From positions 48,896 to 112,895 of the forward strand of contig JAEZCO010000015.1 in NCBI GenBank assembly GCA_023433505.1: DNA of 64,000 nucleotides, in the 5' to 3' direction. This DNA is from Bacillota bacterium (GTDB taxonomy: Bacteria > Bacillota > Clostridia > Acetivibrionales > DTU013). The notes below the pieces were generated by a model that was not told the DNA's origin, ran no database searches, and saw only the letters and a list, made by a program, of their open reading frames with translations. Position 1 is the stretch's first letter; every line of letters starts with the position of its first letter. Below, in pieces: positions 57,028 to 64,000 of the stretch. Both the position numbers and the translations under genes were made by a program.

Positions 57028-58344
57028 TTATTTCCGCCCTACTCCTTCATAGCGAAAGCCGTATGCCTTTACCTCCTCGGGGGAATACACATTCCTCAGG
57101 TCCAGGAATACGGGGGTGTTCACAAGCTGACGCAGGGTTTTAAAATCAAGGCGGGAGAACTCCTCCCATTCCGTTGCCAGCACTATGCAATCGCTGCCTT
57201 CGCATGCGGCATATGGGTCGTCGCAATAGGTTACTGGCAAATCCGGAAATTGCCTTTTCATTGTCTCCATGGCCTTGGGGTCATAAATTTTTACCTTTGC
57301 GCCTTTAGCCGCCAGTTCTTTAAGGATGGATACCGACGGAGATTCTCTGGTGTCGTCGGTATCCGGTTTGAAGGAAACGCCCAGAACCGTGATTATTCCG
57401 CCTCTGGCCGGGTCTGCAACTGCTGAAATTTTTTGCACCATTCTTTTTTTCTGGCGCCGGTTCGTTTCTATAACGCTGTCAATAAGCTCTGCATTGTAGC
57501 CAAGGCTTTTTCCCAGGCCGGATAGCGCCCGCAGATCCTTGGGGAAACAGCTTCCGCCAAAGCCCGGACCTGCAGCCAGGAACTGGCAACCGATACGCTT
57601 ATCCAGCCCCATACCGATGGCTACTGCCACGGCATCCGCGCCGCACAGCTCGCAGATATTAGCTATTTCATTGATGTAGCTGATTTTCGTAGCCAGAAAG
57701 GCATTGGATGCGTATTTGATCATCTCAGCGGTTTCAAGGTCGGTAAGGAGCAGGGGAATGCCGCTCCGGCGCTGTTTTTTATATATTTCCGTCATAAAGG
57801 CGGCAGCTCTTTCGTTTTCGGCGCCAATGACGACCCTTTCAGGATTGAGAAAATCATTGACCGCAGAGCCTTCCCGGAGAAACTCGGGGTTGGAGACGAT
57901 GTCGAATTCGAGGTCTTTGCCCTGTTCCTTCAAGGCGGCTTCCATCATGTCCCGGGCTTTCCTTCCGGTGCCGACGGGTACGGTGCTCTTATGGACGATC
58001 AGCTTATAGGAGGTCATATGGTCGGCAATTCCCTGAAGAACCATAAACACGTTCCCGAGATCACAAGAGTTGTCCTCCAGCGTCGGGGTATTCACTGTTA
58101 TGAACAACACCGGCGAATGCCGGACAGCATGGGACATTTCACCTGTGAAGCTGAGACTTCCGGTATTGATAAGCCTGTTGACAAGCTCGGAAAGCCCAGG
58201 CTCATAAATTGAAAGAAATCCTTTTTGAAGCTCGCTGATTTTTTCACCGTCCAGGTCACAACATAGGACTTTGTTACCCTGGGATGCAAGACATGCGCCG
58301 GTTACCAGTCCGACATAACCCGTACCTATGATCGATATATTCAT
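57028..58344 (-). CDS. ugd: UDP-glucose 6-dehydrogenase
   Basis: MNISIIGTGYVGLVTGACLA Rossmann N-term, catalytic GGSCFPKD motif. Confidence 0.85.
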   Translation of the reverse strand: MNISIIGTGYVGLVTGACLASQGNKVLCCDLDGEKISELQKGFLSIYEPGLSELVNRLINTGSLSFTGEMSHAVRHSPVLFITVNTPTLEDNSCDLGNVFMVLQGIADHMTSYKLIVHKSTVPVGTGRKARDMMEAALKEQGKDLEFDIVSNPEFLREGSAVNDFLNPERVVIGAENERAAAFMTEIYKKQRRSGIPLLLTDLETAEMIKYASNAFLATKISYINEIANICELCGADAVAVAIGMGLDKRIGCQFLAAGPGFGGSCFPKDLRALSGLGKSLGYNAELIDSVIETNRRQKKRMVQKISAVADPARGGIITVLGVSFKPDTDDTRESPSVSILKELAAKGAKVKIYDPKAMETMKRQFPDLPVTYCDDPYAACEGSDCIVLATEWEEFSRLDFKTLRQLVNTPVFLDLRNVYSPEEVKAYGFRYEGVGRK

Positions 58345-59471
58345 AATCCCTCTTTGATTACCTCCCCGGCCACTCTCTTCCAGCTGAATTTCTCCTCTGC
58401 CAGCTGCCTGCCCCTTTTAGCCATGGCTTCGGCCTTTTCCGGATTATTAATCAGATAGGCTATTCTGCTGGCCATGACCTCCGGATTCTTATAATCATCG
58501 ATTACAATTCCATTGCCAAGGCCACTGACAACTTCAGCGTTTCCGCCTCTGTTGGTAGTTATAATGGGCAGGCCGGATGCCATTGCCTCATAATGTACCC
58601 GGGCCAGCGGCTCATTCCACTGGGAGGCGCAGACAAATATGTCACCCAGATTAAAATATTGGGGTATTTGCGAAGGCGGCAGGAAGCCTGTGAAGGCGAT
58701 GGGGCCCGAAAGGCTCTGGGATAAGGATTGCAGCGATTTCACATAATCGTCGGCTTCGTTTTTGCCGTACCATTTGCTGCCCACAACTACCAGGCCGGTA
58801 TCGGGGTATTTTTCCATGACCTGCTTCATGGCATTTAACAGCACGTGGACGCCTTTTTTGATGCTCAATCTTCCAACATAGAGGATAGCTCTCTTGCAGT
58901 CCAGATTTAGCTGCTTTTTCAGGCGGAGCCTGTTCTGCATCCCTTCGGGGGACCAATTGGGCGTATGCTTCTGAAGGTCTACGCCGGAATACACGACGCG
59001 CAATTTTTTTTCCGCTTCCGGGATTCTGGATTTCACGCCGTCTGCAATGAATTTGCTTACGGTATTGATAAATTCCACTTTTCTCACACACTTAAGAGCA
59101 TCTTCGTATGGAATTTTCTCCGGGAGGAACATTTCATTGTGGAGGCTCAGACTGAAGCTTGCGCCCGGAAATGCTGAAGACAGCGGCAGAATGGACTTGG
59201 GCCTGTTAAAAATGTGTATCAGGTCATAGGTATTATTCAAAGTAGATTTTAAGCTTTCAATATACATGGCCTCCGTTTTGCCGGGGACTCTTATGAATTT
59301 CACATTCTCTTTGACCTCTCTGTCGGGCAGTCCCGGGTAGCTTATGCTGTAGACAGTGATATCATGGTCTTTTGACAGATACGGCAATATGCCGTCAATA
59401 TATAGTTGAACCGCGCCGCCGGCTACCGGCGGCACAGGCAGTTTTTCCGTACAAACAAGCGCCAGTTTCAA
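58341..59471 (-). CDS. glycosyltransferase family 4 (CotSA-like)
   Basis: GT-B fold, C-terminal E-x7-E-like GT4 signature region; overlaps ugd start by 4 nt. Confidence 0.75.
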   Translation of the reverse strand: MKLALVCTEKLPVPPVAGGAVQLYIDGILPYLSKDHDITVYSISYPGLPDREVKENVKFIRVPGKTEAMYIESLKSTLNNTYDLIHIFNRPKSILPLSSAFPGASFSLSLHNEMFLPEKIPYEDALKCVRKVEFINTVSKFIADGVKSRIPEAEKKLRVVYSGVDLQKHTPNWSPEGMQNRLRLKKQLNLDCKRAILYVGRLSIKKGVHVLLNAMKQVMEKYPDTGLVVVGSKWYGKNEADDYVKSLQSLSQSLSGPIAFTGFLPPSQIPQYFNLGDIFVCASQWNEPLARVHYEAMASGLPIITTNRGGNAEVVSGLGNGIVIDDYKNPEVMASRIAYLINNPEKAEAMAKRGRQLAEEKFSWKRVAGEVIKEGL

Positions 59472-59477
59472 AGATGT

Positions 59478-60500
59478 TCACTCCTTTATTAAGAGAGTTT
59501 TTAGTAACGATACCTTGGACAGTTCCAGCTTTGCAATTCTTTCTATTTCGGAGGCCTTTACCGGTTTGTTCGCCTGGAACTGATTTTTTACCAGACCGTA
59601 ATACCAATGCGGGAACAGCAGGTCGATATATAGAAGCTTTCTCTCTTTTCCGCTCATGGGATTGCTTTCTTCATACCAGCCCGTAATTTCATGAATGGAC
59701 TCTGTTTTCCACTGATTCCGGTTTTCCGCCGCTTTGCCTATGAGCTTCCTCAAATCTCTTGCGGGAAGGTCAAATGTAACGCCGTCCAGATCCAGAATAT
59801 ATACGCCTTTTGCGGTCATTAAGGCATTTCCCTTGCCGTAGTCCTGATGGCAGAGCACAATGGATTTTGAACCGGCAGTGGCCAGTTCTTCATAAGCAGA
59901 TTTTCTTATTTCCTCCAGAGCGGTTTTTCCTATATCAATGATTGCAGCCGTTTGTTTGATATACGCAGAATAATTCTGTTGTGCTGCATTGGCTCTTGCA
60001 GTTTCCGTCCACAAGCCCAGCTTGTTCAGCATGGACTCATATTGTTCGGGCCACTTGCCCAGCTTAGTGGAAACCCTGGATTCATCCGCGGGTTGATAGC
60101 CTTTTGAAAAGCAATGGAAACGGGCAAGACCCACCAAGGCATTTCTCAGGTCCTCGGGATTGCTGAAATTAAGATCATGGCCGTCGATCCATTCATACAG
60201 GACAAAAAGCTGATCGTTCAGTGATGTAATGGCTTCGCCTTTTTTGTTGGTGATGATTCCGGGTACGTTTCCTCCCGAATTTTTGATATATACCTGTGCG
60301 TTCACTGAAAATAAGGCTTTATCATAAGACTGCTTCAACCTTTTCAGGCAAAGCAGGCCCTTATCCGACTGGATTTTCCAGACGGTTTTGATTGACCCGC
60401 CCTGGATAAGCGTGATGTTTTTCCAGGAAACGGCATATTGCTGCAGGACGGACATTGCAGTCTTTTGTTCGGATAGATTGGTAGTGCTGTCGGTACTCAA
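59478..60500 (-). CDS. cotS: CotS-family spore coat protein (kinase-like fold)
   Basis: LCHQDYGKGNAL (HxDxxxxN) and ILDLD (DxD) motifs of the CotS/YtaA family. Confidence 0.75.
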   Translation of the reverse strand: MSTDSTTNLSEQKTAMSVLQQYAVSWKNITLIQGGSIKTVWKIQSDKGLLCLKRLKQSYDKALFSVNAQVYIKNSGGNVPGIITNKKGEAITSLNDQLFVLYEWIDGHDLNFSNPEDLRNALVGLARFHCFSKGYQPADESRVSTKLGKWPEQYESMLNKLGLWTETARANAAQQNYSAYIKQTAAIIDIGKTALEEIRKSAYEELATAGSKSIVLCHQDYGKGNALMTAKGVYILDLDGVTFDLPARDLRKLIGKAAENRNQWKTESIHEITGWYEESNPMSGKERKLLYIDLLFPHWYYGLVKNQFQANKPVKASEIERIAKLELSKVSLLKTLLIKE

Positions 60501-60524
60501 GACTCTTATCCTTTCAAAATAAAT

Positions 60525-61586
60525 TTAAACCGGGACGATGGAATTGAAATCATCGAGAAGAGGCTGTGCGGCTTTTTCAAACGCTGCCATCTCCACGATC
60601 CTTTGCAGGTATTTGTCATCGGACCAATCCTTGTCACGGCGGTAATAATATTTGTTCACTGCTCCGATGAAAAGGTGGGGAAAAAGGAGGTCCAGCTTTA
60701 CGACCTGCCATTCCTGGGGAGTAAGGGGATTGACCTTCTGATACTGCGCCAGCATGGTGCGGGTCAGATTTTTGTCCCATTTGCCGGATTTTTTCATGAC
60801 TTTGTTCAGCAGTTTACGGATATCTCTTGCCGGAATGTCGACGGTGATTGAATCCGTATCCAGCACACAGAGGCTGTTTGAGCCGGTGATCAGAAGATTC
60901 CCAGCGGCAAAATCCTGGTGGCATAGACTGCCTGACTTGCCGGCCTTCTTTACCCAGTCTGCATAGGGCTGTCCTCTCAGACCGTTGATGGCTGTTTGGG
61001 CCCTTTCATAGAAGTGGGGGAATTCCCGGACAATAAACGCTCCTGTTTTATTGATGCTTGCATTTTGCAGCTCTTTCTTGTAAAAGCTGTTGATATCTTC
61101 GATTTGCTCGGAGTAATCCTCCACCCACAGGCCAAGATGATATTTGGGTTTTGTGTCCTGAGCCGGGAAAAAGCCTGTAGAAGACTTGTGGAACTGGGCA
61201 AGTCCCCGGACAACAAGGTTCAACTCATCCGAAGAGGAATATGAGGGGTTACGGCCGTTTACCGCTTCCGTCAGTACGTAGCAGACGCCCTGGTAATTTA
61301 CATAGTCCCTGCCGTCCCGGGTCTTGAGTACTGCGGGCAAATTTACACCGTTGGAGGATAAATATCTTACGGCGTCAAGGATGAATTTGAATGTATCCTC
61401 GGAGTTTGAAATTTTTTTGAGGATATACATGCCTTCCTGGGTTTTAACCCACCAGACGCCCTTTTTGTCTTTGTAGGATTCATTTTTTATTTCTAACACC
61501 TTGACCGGATAGTTCGTTAAGATAATATCCAGCGGTTCACTGCTTGCGGATGACAAAGCCTGCACTCCCTTCCATTCTCTGATCAC
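60525..61586 (-). CDS. CotS-family spore coat protein, second paralog
   Basis: LCHQDFAAGNLLI and VLDTD motifs. Confidence 0.75.
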   Translation of the reverse strand: MIREWKGVQALSSASSEPLDIILTNYPVKVLEIKNESYKDKKGVWWVKTQEGMYILKKISNSEDTFKFILDAVRYLSSNGVNLPAVLKTRDGRDYVNYQGVCYVLTEAVNGRNPSYSSSDELNLVVRGLAQFHKSSTGFFPAQDTKPKYHLGLWVEDYSEQIEDINSFYKKELQNASINKTGAFIVREFPHFYERAQTAINGLRGQPYADWVKKAGKSGSLCHQDFAAGNLLITGSNSLCVLDTDSITVDIPARDIRKLLNKVMKKSGKWDKNLTRTMLAQYQKVNPLTPQEWQVVKLDLLFPHLFIGAVNKYYYRRDKDWSDDKYLQRIVEMAAFEKAAQPLLDDFNSIVPV

Positions 61587-61694
61587 TGAAAAGCAAACCT
61601 GGGGTTTGCTTTTTAGTACTACAGCGAAAAATCCAGTATTTTTCGCTGTAGTACCGGGGAGTATACCCTCCCCCTGAGAAGCTTTAATTATGTT

Positions 61695-61937
61695 CTAGTC
61701 ATCAAGGTTTATTTCTACTTCTTCATTTTGCCAGCCTACCTTGATAGTGACAGAACCGCCCTGCTCGTCTTCATCGAACTTGACCTTATAGTCAAGGTCC
61801 TTGTCGGACGGCAGATATACCGGTTTTCCTTCAACGGTCAGTCTGCCTGAAAACAATTCAGGGACTGCCTTCTTGATGAATTCACCGAATTCGGATTTTG
61901 TCCCGAAAAATGATTCCTGGTATTTCATGTATGGCAC
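61695..61937 (-). CDS. amphi-Trp-domain-like small protein (tentative)
   Basis: 80-aa acidic protein; family assignment from memory of the amphi-Trp pattern only. Confidence 0.4.
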   Translation of the reverse strand: MPYMKYQESFFGTKSEFGEFIKKAVPELFSGRLTVEGKPVYLPSDKDLDYKVKFDEDEQGGSVTIKVGWQNEEVEINLDD

Positions 61938-62160
61938 TCCTTTAATAATTTTACTCTTTTACATAATATTTATGGAAAGGTGTATTTGTTACAGAGTAAG
62001 CATTATTTATATATTTGGACAGGGAGAGCCTCGTAAGTATTTGACGAACTATTTCGGACAGGATGCTATTGAGATGGACAGAGTCCAAAATTTATTGATA
62101 AAGTGCCATAATTGCAGGATCGCATAACTGTAAAAAAGGTGCGGCAAAACATGACGGGTG

Positions 62161-62240
62161 CCGAATTGGTTTTCAGGCGGTGAGCATATCTCCCGCTCGG
62201 CATACATGGGTGAGCAGCAATTGAAAGGCATCTGCGGCCA
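62161..62240 (+). repeat. repeat family R2, copy 2
   Basis: CCGAATTGGTTTTCAGGCGGTGAGCATAT...TTGAAAGGCATCTG, parallel to copy 1; preceded by hairpin CGGCA...TGCCG. Confidence 0.4.
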
Positions 62241-62266
62241 GCCTCGTAGAAACTCTGCCGCTGAAA

Positions 62267-62296
62267 GGAAATTTGTCTTCAAACGACAATTTCCTT
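62267..62296 (-). terminator. possible terminator for minus-strand gene 62321-63091
   Basis: GGAAATTTGTC / GACAATTTCC stem; U-tract weak. Confidence 0.3.
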
Positions 62297-62320
62297 TGAA
62301 TCAGGTCGTTGTAATCGCTT

Positions 62321-63091
62321 TTATTTAAGTTCGCTGAAACCTTTTAGCTTCTGTATGCTTCTTGGAACCGCATCCCTGGAATTGCCCCAGGGAGCGTCGT
62401 TGTTTCGGTAGTCGAATTTCTTTGTGAACCAGTTGACTTCCTGCTGTATCCTTTCCAGGTTCTCCAACTGCATGAGGATGAGGAGGTCTGTGAAATCCTG
62501 GGCTTCTGCTGCTTTCAGATATTTGGGCGCAGACTCCAGCAATTGTCTGAAGTGCCTCAGGCAAAAGCCCTTCCTGCTTTCAAAAATTTTCCTGAATTCA
62601 TTCTCCCGGGACCAAAGATAACAGATAACATCCAGATACCGTTCCATGGTATAGTCCAGCTTGTTGCAGATGGAACAGCTACCCTCAAGAGCACTGAGGA
62701 GCTGCAGCATTTTGTCCCTGCCAATGGCGGCTGCCCCATTGGCAGGTTTCCCCGGCAGCAGCTTTGAAAAGGGGTTCCCCTGTCTGGCTTTTGATCCCGG
62801 ATTTCCCGGAGAATAAGCCTTTTTCAGCCGTCCGAGCTGTTCCTGCAGGTGCGTATCGATGATAAGGCCCAGACCCAGCCGGTTTTCCTGCCGGTTGTAA
62901 AGCTGTTCAAAATGCCGCCGGCAGAAGCCCTTTTCGTTTGTATCCACCCTGCAATCAGGCTCCATTAGCGAAGGGCCGAGAAAATAGTTGATATATTCCT
63001 CTTCCAATTTTTTTTCCAAAAGACACATGGGACATTCACATTCTTCACCGAATACTTCGGTTACGGGAATGGTATATATTTTCTCTTTCAT
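62321..63091 (-). CDS. hypothetical protein with duplicated CxC(P/I)xC ... GFCxRHF metal-binding-like module
   Basis: two internal repeats each containing 4 Cys + His (ECECPMC...GFCRRHF and SCSICNK...GFCLRHF). Confidence 0.5.
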   Translation of the reverse strand: MKEKIYTIPVTEVFGEECECPMCLLEKKLEEEYINYFLGPSLMEPDCRVDTNEKGFCRRHFEQLYNRQENRLGLGLIIDTHLQEQLGRLKKAYSPGNPGSKARQGNPFSKLLPGKPANGAAAIGRDKMLQLLSALEGSCSICNKLDYTMERYLDVICYLWSRENEFRKIFESRKGFCLRHFRQLLESAPKYLKAAEAQDFTDLLILMQLENLERIQQEVNWFTKKFDYRNNDAPWGNSRDAVPRSIQKLKGFSELK

Positions 63092-63294
63092 AAGTATTTC
63101 CTTTCGTTATTGATGCAGCCAAACAGGCTTGTTACCATTTCATTTATACGTCTTCCGGAAGTATTGCAAAGAGCCGGGCACAGTATTTCGAAAGAATAAA
63201 ATGAATAATTCGCCGCAGTATCGTACAACATTTTTAATTATAGCATTTAAACTGTGGGATATATAGATTAATAAAGGAAACGGGAGAATTAAAA

Positions 63295-64000
63295 ATGCGG
63301 TATAAGGGGCTGGAAATAACAGAAGGGACAGACTTTATCCAAATAGAAGGCATAAAAGATTTCGATGCGGTTCACACCTTTGAATGCGGACAGTGCTTCC
63401 GTTGGATAAAGGAAGCGGATGGAAGCTATATCGGTGTTGTAGGAAACCGGGCAGGCAATATAAAGTTCCTGGATGGTGTGATGACTCTAAGCAATTCAAA
63501 CCTCCGGGATTTTCAGGAGATATGGTATGACTATTTGGATCTGGGGAGAGATTATTCTGCCATCAAAAAAGCCCTGGTGAAAGATGAGATCATGGAAAAA
63601 GCCGTTGCTTTCGGTTATGGCATACGGCTTCTCAGGCAGGATCTCTGGGAAGCGCTGATTACTTTTATCATCTCCTCCAACAATAGAATACCCAGGATCA
63701 GGCAGATTGTTTCAACTCTTTCGCGTACTTACGGAGAAGAATTTACGGCAGGCGGTAAAAGCTATTACACCTTCCCGGGAGCCGACAGGCTGCAATGTGC
63801 ATGCCTTGAAGAACTTGAGGTGTGCAAGGGCGGATACCGGTGCAAATATATTCTGAATACGGCGGAAAGGGTTGCCAAAGGCTTTGTTACGCTGGACAAG
63901 CTGGGAGCGCTGAATACCGAGGACGCAAGGGAGCTTCTTACCAAGCTGCCCGGAGTCGGGAACAAGGTGGCCGATTGCATACTTTTGTACAGTGGTACCA
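63295..64000 (+). CDS. ogg: HhH-GPD DNA glycosylase (Ogg-type 8-oxoguanine glycosylase/lyase), 3' end beyond window
   Basis: not in ORF track; ATG 63295; ends with LPGVGNKVADCILLY helix-hairpin-helix GPD motif; runs off the window. Confidence 0.65.
   Translation, partial: MRYKGLEITEGTDFIQIEGIKDFDAVHTFECGQCFRWIKEADGSYIGVVGNRAGNIKFLDGVMTLSNSNLRDFQEIWYDYLDLGRDYSAIKKALVKDEIMEKAVAFGYGIRLLRQDLWEALITFIISSNNRIPRIRQIVSTLSRTYGEEFTAGGKSYYTFPGADRLQCACLEELEVCKGGYRCKYILNTAERVAKGFVTLDKLGALNTEDARELLTKLPGVGNKVADCILLYSGT

Overview
This 64 kb window looks like chromosomal, origin-proximal DNA from a spore-forming Firmicute (Clostridia-like, mid-40s % GC). Gene content runs: a cyanophycin module (cphB fragment, cphA); an isolated two-gene unit of unknown function; Fe-alcohol dehydrogenase; birA; coaX; then a block syntenic with B. 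subtilis yaaO-tmk-darA(yaaQ)-yaaR-holB-ricT(yaaT)-yabB-rsmI-abrB-metS-tatD-yabE-ksgA, carrying an extra ferredoxin and lacking yabA. After that come spmAB, an NfeD/flotillin pair, an ECF sigma/anti-sigma pair, zapA, a fused double U32 peptidase, dut, a PPi-type phosphofructokinase, a UDP-sugar epimerase, hflX, yigZ, yebC, a split ISL3-family insertion sequence, an alpha/beta SASP, ytxC and a minus-strand spore-coat cluster (ugd, GT4, two cotS), ending in a partial ogg. No rRNA, tRNA or CRISPR array was found. Observations beyond routine annotation: (1) the HflX reading frame stays open 73 codons upstream of its first canonical start, and that extension carries a perfect JAMM/RadC-type HxHx7Sx2D motif, i.e. 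a JAB-domain-HflX fusion whose start codon is unresolved; (2) a short interspersed intergenic repeat family (core GGGAAGTAATATTTGCAGTACTCCTAA), with at least 6 clear copies in both orientations mostly at gene 3' ends, and an inverted pair inside the leader of an unusual HprK-like P-loop + Asp23 fusion gene; (3) a second, about 80-nt repeat in two copies; (4) a structured roughly 170-nt leader or sRNA candidate ending in an intrinsic terminator just upstream of yabB; (5) an ISL3 transposase split at an A7 tract that fits a -1 slippery heptamer; (6) several low-complexity likely spore-coat proteins, including a 25% Met tandem-repeat protein. All calls were made by eye from the sequence and the ORF track. 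Homology assignments rest on recognisable motifs and are unverified by search.
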